64,000 nt of DNA from Pseudomonadota bacterium (lineage in GTDB: Bacteria; Desulfobacterota; Desulfobacteria; Desulfobacterales; JBDRRP01), in NCBI GenBank assembly GCA_043825735.1, contig JBDRRP010000011.1, forward strand, positions 1-64,000, read 5' to 3'. The translations under genes and the position numbers were made by a program. The notes below the pieces were generated by a model that saw only the letters and a program-made list of their open reading frames with translations, was not told the origin of the DNA and ran no database searches. Shown here one piece after another: positions 1 through 9,623 of the stretch (position 1 is its first letter; each line of letters starts with the position of its first letter).

Positions 1-564
1 GTTTTTATAAATGGATAGAGTCTGCTTGCCCAGCACCTCCTTTTTCGAATAACCGAAAAGATCTAATAAAGCTGGATTGCAGTCGATGATCGTTCTGTTG
101 GTATCGGCCACCAATATGGCATCTCGGATGCTATTGAAAAGTGTTCGGTAGCGTGCTTCGCTCCTATTAATGTTTTGCTGTGCAAATTTTGCTTGATTTA
201 TAGTCCAAAAGGCCACCAGGAGCGATATGAGGATACCAACTATTAAAAAAGAGATAGTAGTCAAATTCAGCCTTGAATGCACTTTTTCGGATTTGAGCGT
301 AAATTCTGATGCCTTATTTCTCGCGTAGTTCGTCAGACCAAGCATTTTCTCTTCTAACCGGGCAACATGATCGGCGCCTTTACTAATCGTTATGTTGGCT
401 GCATTTTCTCTTTGGTTATTGTGGACCAACTCGATAACTTCATTTCTAATCAACCGCCACTTGTCGAATAGATTCCTGGCCGAGGTTTCAAGGGATTTGC
501 CTTCTTCACCCAAAATATTATTTTTAATAATATTGAGATTCCGGTACACTTGTTTCTCTATACC
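1..564 (-). pseudogene. N-terminally truncated sensor protein (4HB_MCP-like periplasmic domain, TM, PAS); runs off the left edge
   Basis: My minus-strand translation reads EKQVYRNLNIIKNNILGEEGK...LFDKWRLIRNEVIELV...KGADHVARLEEKM...ISFLIVGILISLLVAFW...RSEARYRTLFNSIRDAILVADTNRTIIDCNPALLDLFGYSKKEVLGK. The frame meets a stop at 616-618 inside the IS66 relic, so the first TM and original start are missing. Confidence 0.7.
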
Positions 565-569
565 CCAGC

Positions 570-712
570 CTCTCAGCCACGCGAACGCCGCCCGGCGGAC
601 TGCTGGACAAGGTGATCAGTTATGCGCTGAATCAATGGCCGCGGCTAAACGTCTACCTGAAAGGCGGGCGCCTGCGGCCCGATAATAACCAGGCGGAAAA
701 TGCCATTCGACA
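570..712 (+). mobile_element. IS66-family transposase (TnpC) fragment
   Basis: TPPGGLLDKVISYALNQWPRLNVYLKGGRLRPDNNQAENAIR matches the TnpC motif (A/I)xYxLNQW..L..YL.DG.L..DNN.AENAIR. It is a GC-rich patch in AT-rich DNA, and no IS ends are seen. Confidence 0.8.
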
Positions 713-904
713 CGGTTTTCAGCTGTCAGGAATATTGCAGGGGCATAGGCATTGTCTGCTGGTCATTCAACTATATTTGAAAGGATTACTTACGAGGAAT
801 GCTTGTCGAAAAGGACTGTATCAAACCGTCAAAGATTGGATTGGTATAGTTGATTTTTCCAGGGCAATGGAAAATTGCGCATAGGATAATATGCATTATT
901 ATGA

Positions 905-3610
905 TTAATCGTCATATAAGTCCATTTCGGGATACAGTTTTTTGGCGCATTCCGGACAAATACTGTGACTGAAGTCTGCTTCTGAGTGATCACGAATATA
1001 TGTTTCAATTTGATTCCAATATCCAGCATCATCACGTATTTTTTTGCATGATGCACATATGGGTAAAAGCCCGCTTAAAGATTTAACCTTGGCTAATGCG
1101 TGTTGTAATTCTTGAATAAGAATCTCTCTTTCTGCCTCAGATCGCTTACGTTCAGAGATGTCACGAGCTACACCAATAATTTCAATCGGATATCCCCTCT
1201 CATCCGACATTAAATTGACGTGAATTTCTACAGGCACAATGCGCCCGTCCTTATGAACCGCTTCAATTTCCATGATCTCGGGATTACGCCTGTCGTCTGT
1301 AAGGGCATTTGTCAATTTTTCTAGTTGTTTCATATATGACTCTGGGGTCACCGTATCTTTCGCTTTCAAAGAAAGTATCTCATCAATCGAATAGCCAAAC
1401 AATTTTTCAGCAGAAGGGCTTGCATATGTATATTGTTCGCTTTCTATATTAATCTTATAGATAACATCAGCGGAATTTTCGGCAAGAAGTTTAAATTTCT
1501 CTTCACTTTCCCGGAGTGCCTTTTCTACCTGCTTTCGTATTGTGATATCCCGAGAAACACCATACATACCTATAATTGATCCGGATTGATCCCTGATCGC
1601 TTTTACAATATTTTCAAGCCACACAATGGAACCATCACGATGGTAATATTCGACTTCTATGGTAACGAATCGGTCTTTATCTTCATCTGGAAGAGCATCC
1701 CTTTGGAACTCTTCCAGATACATGGTTGTAATCCTCTCAATGGACTCCGGTGTGACCATCTCATCCAGTTTTTGCTGTTTACGCTCTTCAGGCGTAAAAC
1801 CCAGCACCTTCTCAATTGATGGGCTCACGTAGGTGGCATTTAAATCCATATCAAGCGTCCAGACAATATCACCCATGTTTTCAGCCAGAAACTTGAATTT
1901 TTCCTCGCTCTTGCGAAGTTTGTCGGTGGATAGCTTGCGTTCCGTGATGTCGGAGATAACCCCGAATCCCCCAAGGTATTTGCCTTCTGAATCATACGAA
2001 GGATTTGGGGAACACACTACAAACAGTTTTGTTCCGTCAGAGCGTATCAACTCTAATTCGTACGAACCGGTTTTCCCCCGCTTACGGTTGGAAAGCTCTT
2101 CTTTAGCTTTGAGTAGAGATTCAGAGCTAACAAGCCCAAGGAAAGGATTGCCTATTAGTTTCTCGCGATTATAGCCGGATATTTCGGTGAAGCGTTCATT
2201 AACAAATGTTATCCGCCACTCCGCGTCAACCTCTATCAATCCTTCTTGCATGGTATTGATAAGCGTTCGAAAACGTTGTTCACTTTCTATAAGCGCCTTT
2301 TCAGAATTTTTCCGAGAGCTAATATCTTCGACAATGGCAATTGCTGTTAGTTTTTCATCACTGAGTTGCAGCGGCGCATAACTTATCTGACAATCAAAGA
2401 TTGATCTGTCTTTTCGGATCCATTGAGACTCAATTGTGGCATAGGGAGCCTTTTGTATAGCACTTTCTAACTTTTCACCGGCCAAATGAAGATCGCGAAT
2501 ATCGTAGTATAGCACTTCGATATCTTGCCCCTCAAGTTCACCTGGCAAGTATCCTAACATTTGGCTCATTGACGTATTGTGCCAGTCCAACTCACGCCCC
2601 TTTATCAATCCGATCCCCAAGGGCGACGTATTCAAAATAGTGCGCAAAGTGTTTTCTGATCTTGAAAGCTCTACCGTTCGCACATCAATAAGTTGTCGCA
2701 GCCTGAGGTTCCAAAACCAGATTAGCACTGATGCTACAAAAATAAACCCGGCCAAAACAATAAAATATGGGAAGAATCGTTGTATCCAGGAGGGAAGCGG
2801 AGAGTAGCGAGTTCCTATCCATTTTTTATTGATTTGATCAAGCACACCGTTTATTTTTGCCCTTTCAATTCCTTTGTTTAGGATGCCGATAAGTATAGGA
2901 TCTGGGCCCTTGGTCGCCATGCAGTTTTGGCCAATATACAGTGGATCTCCGACCTTTTTTATTCGTTCAGTAAGATGATTTGCGAAAATGTGATACAAAA
3001 CAATCTGTTCGTCACCGATGAGGGCATCGGCTTTTCCTGCAATAACTAAGTCTGTGGCTTCCGCAAAATTTTTCGTATAAACATATTTGCAGGATATATT
3101 TTTAGACTCCAGGAATTCTTTGGCATAATCACCGGATTGCATGGCGATTGTCTTGCCATTAAGATCATCTGTTTTTTTTATATCCAGTCGTTCGACTACC
3201 ACGAATATCGAAGCCGGGACCTCAAATATCACTTTCGTGAAATCAAATAACTCGTCGCGCTTTTTACTGAAAAAAAGGCTTGTAATAATATCAGCTTTCC
3301 CTGTTAAGATCGCATCTTGTGCCTGTTTGAAGGAGGTGTCAGTAAAATGCACCTTAAATCCAAATTCAGTGCCAATCCAGCGTACCAGATCAATACACAT
3401 ACCGGTGTGGTCTCCGTCGGAACCAACGAATTCAAACGGAGGATATTGTGTTTGACTGACAAAAACAATGCTACTCTTTTTCAAAATATATTCTTCTTCA
3501 GCAATTGAAAGCTCTGCAGCATCCACCGGTGCTATCTGTTGGGAGAGGCAAGCTAATATGCCAATAAGCAAATGAATGCTAAAATAGGAAATGTAGCGTC
3601 CTGCCTTCAT
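905..3610 (-). CDS. Membrane sensor: SBP_bac_3 periplasmic domain, TM, four PAS/PAC domains and a C-terminal Cys/His domain
   Basis: YPPFEF...G...DL (SBP family 3), a TM segment, repeated DITERK/DISERK PAC ends and a C-terminal LLPICASCKKIRDD...FSHSICPECAKKLYP. The start is 3610 or 3652. Confidence 0.85.
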   Translation of the reverse strand: MKAGRYISYFSIHLLIGILACLSQQIAPVDAAELSIAEEEYILKKSSIVFVSQTQYPPFEFVGSDGDHTGMCIDLVRWIGTEFGFKVHFTDTSFKQAQDAILTGKADIITSLFFSKKRDELFDFTKVIFEVPASIFVVVERLDIKKTDDLNGKTIAMQSGDYAKEFLESKNISCKYVYTKNFAEATDLVIAGKADALIGDEQIVLYHIFANHLTERIKKVGDPLYIGQNCMATKGPDPILIGILNKGIERAKINGVLDQINKKWIGTRYSPLPSWIQRFFPYFIVLAGFIFVASVLIWFWNLRLRQLIDVRTVELSRSENTLRTILNTSPLGIGLIKGRELDWHNTSMSQMLGYLPGELEGQDIEVLYYDIRDLHLAGEKLESAIQKAPYATIESQWIRKDRSIFDCQISYAPLQLSDEKLTAIAIVEDISSRKNSEKALIESEQRFRTLINTMQEGLIEVDAEWRITFVNERFTEISGYNREKLIGNPFLGLVSSESLLKAKEELSNRKRGKTGSYELELIRSDGTKLFVVCSPNPSYDSEGKYLGGFGVISDITERKLSTDKLRKSEEKFKFLAENMGDIVWTLDMDLNATYVSPSIEKVLGFTPEERKQQKLDEMVTPESIERITTMYLEEFQRDALPDEDKDRFVTIEVEYYHRDGSIVWLENIVKAIRDQSGSIIGMYGVSRDITIRKQVEKALRESEEKFKLLAENSADVIYKINIESEQYTYASPSAEKLFGYSIDEILSLKAKDTVTPESYMKQLEKLTNALTDDRRNPEIMEIEAVHKDGRIVPVEIHVNLMSDERGYPIEIIGVARDISERKRSEAEREILIQELQHALAKVKSLSGLLPICASCKKIRDDAGYWNQIETYIRDHSEADFSHSICPECAKKLYPEMDLYDD

Positions 3611-4238
3611 AATGCGAGCCCTTTTCCGTTGCAGTAATGAGCCGACAAACATGTATTCCTGTAGGTGAATGTTTTGTTATGATAATTGTTAGATACGGTC
3701 ATGTGGCGATACGAAGTTCCTGCATATACGAGGTTTCTAAATTCAAGGATTATCATTGAGTGCCTTACGTTTCAAGGATTTATAGTATTCGTAACAGCGT
3801 TAGGTCCAGACCAAGGTTGATCGAGGCCAATTCGAGAGGGTATTTCAAGATACACCAGAGGGGTTAGTGGGTGCAACCGCCAACCGAGCACAGCAACAAG
3901 GATTTATAGCGGAATGACGAAGATAACCCTTTGCCGAGCGGCTCCACAGATGGACCTCAGAATATTTGCCATGTTCCTCTTTCAATCTGATGCACCGCCG
4001 ATTGCAGAATGATGTACGCATTGTTCAGGTTAACGCCCCAGCTTCAGTGGCGAGGAAACATCGACCATCTGAAAAACGAGCATCCTTAGAAATTGTTTTC
4101 ACGCAAATGACGGTGTTGCCATCTCAGGTGGGTTCAGGAGCCGGCCATGATCGCCCACCATTACAATGCCCGACCATCCCTGTCGCAGGATGCGTATTGC
4201 AGATATACGGTGTTTTTATTTGAGGTTGGATCCATCGG

Positions 4239-4273
4239 AATGTCTTGACATTGTCGGGCTATTCAAATAGCGT
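4239..4273 (+). promoter_or_regulatory. sigma70-like promoter and palindromic operator of the GNAT TA operon
   Basis: TTGACA at 4245-4250, a 17-bp spacer and TAGCGT at 4268-4273. The AATGTC-tt-GACATT palindrome (4239-4252) overlaps the -35. Confidence 0.6.
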
Positions 4274-4300
4274 CGATGCATATCACATTAAGGAGTCGAT

Positions 4301-4594
4301 ATGTCATCAAAGCAAACAACACGTAGCGAAAAGCTTGACTTAAGGCTCACACCTGATGCCAAATCAGCCCTTAAAGCAGCCGCAGGCATCGCGCATCGCT
4401 CGGTGAGTGAATTTGTGTTGGAAAGCGCGTTAGCAAAAGCCAACGAGACTTTGGCCCAACGGCAGACTTTCGGTTTGGATGCACAACTCTGGACTGCGTT
4501 TATGGCTGCCCTGGATGCCCCTCCCAGAGATCTTCCGCGCATGAAACGCCTGCTAAAGGAATCCAGTTTTTTTGATGCCGATCCCGACCGATGA
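4301..4594 (+). CDS. DUF1778 (TacA/AtaR-like) RHH antitoxin
   Basis: RSEKLDLRLTPDAKSALKAAA...SVSEFVLESA...F.AALDAPP. AAGGAG RBS, and an ATGA overlap with the toxin gene. Confidence 0.9.
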   Translation: MSSKQTTRSEKLDLRLTPDAKSALKAAAGIAHRSVSEFVLESALAKANETLAQRQTFGLDAQLWTAFMAALDAPPRDLPRMKRLLKESSFFDADPDR

Positions 4595-5094
4595 ACAATA
4601 CCCGCTGCATTGAAAAACTTCGCAGGGACCATCGTACTGAAGACTTCGATTGCGGCCGCGTTGAGTTGAACCGGTATCTGATCCGTTATGCCTGGCCTAA
4701 CCAGCAAGCGGCCGCGGCACGAACCTATGTCGGCTTGGCCGGGAGCCAGATCGTTGGATTTTACACACTTGTTGTAGGTGAAGTAAAACAGGACCAAGCG
4801 CCGGACAGAATAATAAAGGGGCTGGCAAAGCACCCTGTGCCGATAATGCTTCTGGCGAGATTGGCAGTGGATCGACGTTGGCAGGAATATGGTGTGGGCA
4901 AAGCGCTTTTAAAGGATGCCATGCTGCGCACCCTGCAAGCCGCCGACATTGCCGGGATCCGTTGCATCGCAGTACACGCCAAAAATGATCAAGCCAAAGC
5001 CTTCTACCAGCACTTTGATTTCATTCCATCTCCGACGGATCCCCTGCATCTCTTCATTTTATTGAAAGATGTGAAACGGATGATGTCCGGATAG
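4591..5094 (+). CDS. GNAT acetyltransferase toxin (TacT/AtaT-like)
   Basis: FDCG..ELNRYL, PVPIMLLARLAVDRRWQEYGVGKALLKDA and VHAKNDQAKAFYQHFDF. Confidence 0.9.
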   Translation: MNNTRCIEKLRRDHRTEDFDCGRVELNRYLIRYAWPNQQAAAARTYVGLAGSQIVGFYTLVVGEVKQDQAPDRIIKGLAKHPVPIMLLARLAVDRRWQEYGVGKALLKDAMLRTLQAADIAGIRCIAVHAKNDQAKAFYQHFDFIPSPTDPLHLFILLKDVKRMMSG

Positions 5095-5246
5095 TATTTT
5101 GCTATAATACAACACATTTTCTGTCATTCGGATCAGTCTGAGGGGATCTTTCCTTGGTGCCGGCCACTTTCAGCGCGCCGGTGCGGCTGTTAGTCTGTAA
5201 GCATTTCATGAACTACGGGGATGAATTAAATTTTGGATTGTCGCTA

Positions 5247-5770
5247 TTAAATGCCATCGATCAGCTCCCCCACCCGCTCGGCCAGATACAGCGGGACTGA
5301 GAGCAGCCGGTATTTCACCGATTGCCCCAAAGTTGTTTTGATATCGAGGTCCTCCACCGTCGGCGGGTTGGCATCGAGGCGAACGGCAAGGCTCAGCGAT
5401 TTTTCGGCCATGAATTGATGCAACGATTTCATTCGTCCCGCGGCGCCTGATTTGACTTCCACGGGAACAATGGCATTGCCGTGTTGAAGAACATAGTCGA
5501 TTTCACCCAGTCGCCCCCCTGTCCTTTGCCAGTAAAAAAGTTGCGGGTCCGCAACCGATGCCTGCGCGGATCGCAATTGTTGACCGACAAACTGTTCGGC
5601 GAGCCCTCCTTTATTGACCAGAACCGCTGCTTCCGTCTTAAGGGGTTTTGCCGACGACAAGCCCAGCTGCGCCGAAATTAAACCGATATCCACCATCAGT
5701 GCCTTGAAAAACTTTTCATTGGATTGTGCGCCCAAGGGGAAGACCGTCGCCGGTTGTGTGTGCGACCATG
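5247..5770 (-). pseudogene. C-terminal fragment of an AAA ATPase-DUF4143 protein
   Basis: PLGAQSNEKFFKALMVDIGL, GGLAEQFVGQQL and LFYWQR...EIDYVL...PVEVKSG..G.MKSLHQFM. The Walker A/B ATPase part is absent. Confidence 0.75.
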
Positions 5771-5871
5771 GAACAGACTTTGGCTTGAAAGAGCAGCCTA
5801 AAGGATTTTTTGATGGCAGTCGTCCATTAATCGTTGCATGAATCATTGCCGTGAACTATATTTCAAATATC

Positions 5872-5890
5872 TGAACCATTGTTTGGTTCA
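5872..5890. promoter_or_regulatory. Inverted-repeat operator upstream of vapBC
   Basis: TGAACCA-N5-TGGTTCA, with a related half-site TGAATCA at 5839. Confidence 0.55.
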
Positions 5891-5915
5891 AACAAATGCA
5901 TGGGAGGCGATCACC

Positions 5916-6173
5916 ATGAAATCGATGACGATCCACGGCATCGACAAGCAGCTCGCCGATATGATCAAAGCCAGGGCGGTAGCCGAAGGGCTGAGTATCA
6001 ACAGGACGATCAAACAAATTCTTGAAACCGCCCTGGGCATCAAGCCCCGGCCGCAGGATCAAAACATCGACGATTTCAAAGAGTTTTGCGGCGTCTGGGG
6101 CGAGGCGGATCTGAAGGCGTTCAAAGAGCGGACCGCCGACACCCGGGCTGTAAACCCGGAGGATTGGCGATGA
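5916..6173 (+). CDS. VapB/FitA-like antitoxin
   Basis: MKSMTIHGIDKQL...ARAVAEGLSINRTIKQIL (RHH-like). GGGAGG RBS, and it overlaps vapC. Confidence 0.8.
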   Translation: MKSMTIHGIDKQLADMIKARAVAEGLSINRTIKQILETALGIKPRPQDQNIDDFKEFCGVWGEADLKAFKERTADTRAVNPEDWR

Positions 6174-6565
6174 AACAGATTATCCTCGACACGAATGCCT
6201 ATACTGGGTTGCTGGCCGGCGATGAACGGATATTGAGCGCCGCTGCTTCCGCTGAGGTGGTTTTTATGTCGATCTTCGTCCTGGGGGAATTGCATGCAGG
6301 TTTTCTGGGCGGCTCGAAACAGCGAGAAAACCTGGACATCTTGAAACGTTTTTTGACCAAACCCTCCGTAAAAATTCTGAACGCCACGGCTGAAACCGCC
6401 GAGGTGTTCGGGGCACTCAAAAATAGGCTCAAGCAGGCGGGCACACCATTGCCGATCAATGATGTCTGGATCGCCGCCCACGGCATCGAAACCGGATCGG
6501 TGATTGTCACCCAGGATCAACATTTCCGGAAAATAGCGGGGATTCGGCTCTGGGACGGGGTCTAA
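6170..6565 (+). CDS. vapC: VapC PIN-domain ribonuclease toxin
   Basis: IILDTNAY, VLGEL..GF, GTPLPINDVWIAAH and VTQDQHF. Confidence 0.9.
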   Translation: MKQIILDTNAYTGLLAGDERILSAAASAEVVFMSIFVLGELHAGFLGGSKQRENLDILKRFLTKPSVKILNATAETAEVFGALKNRLKQAGTPLPINDVWIAAHGIETGSVIVTQDQHFRKIAGIRLWDGV

Positions 6566-6611
6566 GCGTTATTCGATGCCCGTGATGAGTAAACGAGAAC
6601 GGGTACCGCTG

Positions 6612-8465
6612 CTACATCAGATATTCGAGCCCCAGTGCGCGAACGGTCTTGAATATGAACCGCTGTTTCCTTGCCGGGCCCGATTTTTTCGTGTCGGCCG
6701 CCATGAGCGCCTGTCGCATCTTCAGCCATTCCGGCGTCCCCCAGCGGTATGATGTGGATTTCAGCGATTCAAATATCTTGAGAAGATCCTGGCGCAATTC
6801 CGGACTCTTGACGACAAATCCCATCTCGTTATTGTACAGGTTCGACCGGTAGTCGAAATTGCTGGTGCCGATAAAGGCGAGATTTTCTCCCAGGATGAAT
6901 TTCGCGTGCAGTTTCCCGTAATGGGTATTGCCTTCGCCCAGCAGGATCGAATCCAGCCTGCCGGTTTGATAGATGGCGATCTGCGGGTGGTCGATCAGCT
7001 GCCTCCATTCGTCGCTTTCCACGATCTTCGGATTGAACTCGCCCTTTTCGATGTCCCCCTGCCAGGCCGCCGTCAGTTCCGGCGTCAACAGGAACCTGGG
7101 CACCATGTCCATATCGATGATGGATTGCGTAAAGAAGTTGTCGCTGGTCATCACCGAGTTGGTAATGACCTCGACCTTCAGATCCGGGTTGTCTTTGAGC
7201 GCCTTGAGCAGATTTTTTGCACCGTCATAAACGACCTCACCGGCCTTGTTTTTATACAGGCCCGAAAACAAATAGGGGGAAACGATGCGGAAGGTGCCGC
7301 TGACGCGGCCTTCGGTCAGCGATTTTTCGGTTATCTTGTTGAACAGGTACAGGATCGAGTTCGGATTGCTCTCCACGTTCTCTATCACGCGCGTGGTCAC
7401 ATCCGCACTGGTCAGATTGTGCAGTTGATGGGCCAGCCGTGCGTCCGCGCTGCGGAAACCCTCGCTCATAAAGACCGGCATGTTGTCGTAGTACGTTTTC
7501 AGATCCGGGACCTGTTTCAAAAATGCCAGGCGCTCCTGCGCTTTCCGGCGCTCCCGTTGGTAGGTGGCCTCATGCGCCCCATACCGGCTCGAAGTATTGC
7601 CCTGCCCCTTGACAGGATAGAGGCGCCGGTTGCCTTTGTGTAAAAACAACAGGTCGTAATACAGTTCGGTGACCCTGCCCACGGTGATCCCGGTTTCAGC
7701 CGACGGATCCGCCCGGAGCAATATCTCCATATCCCGAAAGGCGGTCGGATCCTTGGAGCCGTCTTCCTTGAGACCGTAGTAATCAAGGGAAATGTTGCGC
7801 CCGCCGGTCATCACCGCGGCCAGTTCGGGAAACATGCCGTCCACGACGAGCAGTTTGTCGTGAGAGCGCCGATTGAACTGAAATTTGGTCATTGCGTTGA
7901 AAATAACCGTCTGAACGCGGGCCCGCTTCGTCGTCACCTGGCCCTGTTCGTTGCGCATGAATCCGGCCTCGTCCGCGCAGGTTTCGAGCGCGCGCAGTTC
8001 ATCATGGTTGGGATGAAACGACCCCAGGGAATCTACCATGACCCGAACGTCCACGCCGCGTTTTACGGCATTGCACATTGCGCCCAGCATGGCGTACCCG
8101 ACCGGGTCGTGGGCAAAGATGTAATACATCACATCAACCGTGTGCTCGGCATGCTCGATCAGCCACAGCTTTGCCGCAAGGGACGTGAGGGCTTCCTCGT
8201 AGCTCGGGCCGATGACTTTGGCGCGGGATTGATTGATGGGCACCTTGGCGTCTTCCGAGAGCTTGATGGGATCGATGGTCAACTTTTCCGGGGCTACCCA
8301 GGTCCGGCTTTCATACAGTTTGTTGATCGCCGCGTCGTCGACGGCGCCCGCCGGCGGGCAATCCGACAAGTTTCCGGTGCCGCTAGCGCATTCATTTGTC
8401 CGGTGCACTGCGCATGATGCCATGAAGGCGAACATGAGCACCATGAGAACGCGTGAATATTTCAT
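6612..8465 (-). CDS. Phospholipase D family lipoprotein (cardiolipin synthase ClsC-like)
   Basis: Lipobox FMASC, plus RRSHDKLLVVD...GGRNI and LHAKFILGE...GTSNFDYRS...NNEMG. Confidence 0.85.
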   Translation of the reverse strand: MKYSRVLMVLMFAFMASCAVHRTNECASGTGNLSDCPPAGAVDDAAINKLYESRTWVAPEKLTIDPIKLSEDAKVPINQSRAKVIGPSYEEALTSLAAKLWLIEHAEHTVDVMYYIFAHDPVGYAMLGAMCNAVKRGVDVRVMVDSLGSFHPNHDELRALETCADEAGFMRNEQGQVTTKRARVQTVIFNAMTKFQFNRRSHDKLLVVDGMFPELAAVMTGGRNISLDYYGLKEDGSKDPTAFRDMEILLRADPSAETGITVGRVTELYYDLLFLHKGNRRLYPVKGQGNTSSRYGAHEATYQRERRKAQERLAFLKQVPDLKTYYDNMPVFMSEGFRSADARLAHQLHNLTSADVTTRVIENVESNPNSILYLFNKITEKSLTEGRVSGTFRIVSPYLFSGLYKNKAGEVVYDGAKNLLKALKDNPDLKVEVITNSVMTSDNFFTQSIIDMDMVPRFLLTPELTAAWQGDIEKGEFNPKIVESDEWRQLIDHPQIAIYQTGRLDSILLGEGNTHYGKLHAKFILGENLAFIGTSNFDYRSNLYNNEMGFVVKSPELRQDLLKIFESLKSTSYRWGTPEWLKMRQALMAADTKKSGPARKQRFIFKTVRALGLEYLM

Positions 8466-8841
8466 CGCTTGCTCCTATTCAATGTTTGCCTTTTTTTGAT
8501 CGGAAATTGCTTACTCGAACGATTCACCATAAACCCTTTTACGATTCAGGGAAATACACCGTTTAAATTCGTCCGGAACTATCTACCATATCCAAGGCGC
8601 ACCGCCCCGTCAGCAATAAATCTGCGGGAAGGCGCTTTGCATCGCCTCTGTTCAAAAGGCGCGGCCTCGGCACGGTATCCGTTGCCCCGGCCTGGCGATA
8701 CTTGATGAACGCGCCTTCCAGCGCATCCACGGGCCTGCGTGACATGACAGAGGGAGGCTATTGGCTGGCGACAATCTCCTTGACATGGCGATCCGGATAA
8801 TGATAACTGAACCGGTTTTCAATAGATGGCAGTAAGGATCA

Positions 8842-8885
8842 CCTTGCTCCGACAGCGTGTCGGGGCTTGACACCCACAAGGAGGA
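8842..8885 (+). ncRNA. Putative bS6:bS18 ribosomal-protein leader RNA
   Basis: CCTTG pairs with the CAAGG of the RBS. The inner stem is GCTCCGACA/TGTCGGGGC, followed by a CCC-containing loop. It lies directly upstream of rpsF, with TTGACA at 8780. Confidence 0.6.
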
Positions 8886-8888
8886 TCT

Positions 8889-9311
8889 ATGAGAAGGTAC
8901 GAGACAATCGTTATTGTCGACCCCGATCTGTCTGAGGAGGGTCGCGGCCCCGTTTTTGACCGCGTCAAAGACATCATTCCCCAACAAGGCGGCACCCTGG
9001 TCGATATCGAAGACTGGGGGAGCAAGCGCCTTGCCTACGAAATCAAAAAGAAACAGCGCGGATTCTACACCCGTCTCGATTACTGCGGCACCGGCGCCGT
9101 GGTCGATGAGATGGAGCGGTTTTTCCGCATTGACGATCGGATCATGAAATTCATGACCATTGTCATCTCTGAAAATGCCGACCCGGAAGCACTTCTCGCC
9201 GAGAAAGCCGCTGCCGCTGCAGTTTCGCCATCGGAAAACAGCGTTGCGGAAACGGCTCCTGAAGCTGAGGCCACAGAGGCGGACACAACAGCAAACGACG
9301 AGGAGGACTAA
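8889..9311 (+). CDS. rpsF: 30S ribosomal protein S6
   Basis: MRRYETIVIVDPDL...DWGSKRLAYEIKK, with an acidic tail. Confidence 0.97.
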   Translation: MRRYETIVIVDPDLSEEGRGPVFDRVKDIIPQQGGTLVDIEDWGSKRLAYEIKKKQRGFYTRLDYCGTGAVVDEMERFFRIDDRIMKFMTIVISENADPEALLAEKAAAAAVSPSENSVAETAPEAEATEADTTANDEED

Positions 9312-9314
9312 CCC

Positions 9315-9581
9315 ATGGCTACCGCACCCAAAAGACCCGCACGTCGTAAAAAACGCGTTTTTCATCGCCGCAAGGTGTGCCGCTTCTGCGCCGACACAAG
9401 TCTGGCGATCGATTACAAGGAAACCCGCACACTGAAATATTTTATCACCGAACGGGGAAAAATCATCCCCCGCCGGATTTCAGGCACCTGCGCAAAACAT
9501 CAGCGCTCGCTCACGGTGGCCATCAAACGGGCCCGTACCATTGCCTTGCTGCCGTTTGTGGGCGCCCTGGACAGGGGATAA
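9315..9581 (+). CDS. rpsR: 30S ribosomal protein S18
   Basis: RRKVCRFC...IDYK...[21 protein letters not shown]. Confidence 0.97.
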   Translation: MATAPKRPARRKKRVFHRRKVCRFCADTSLAIDYKETRTLKYFITERGKIIPRRISGTCAKHQRSLTVAIKRARTIALLPFVGALDRG

Positions 9582-9623
9582 CCGCGCCCTGAAAAGGGCC
9601 TGGTTGCAAACGGAGTAGCCAAC

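Noticed and set aside
3660..4230. Intergenic stretch and the 85-aa ORF at 3966-4223 as a possible gene or IS relic
   Set aside because: I could not recognise a motif, RBS or paired IS ends, so it is left unassigned.
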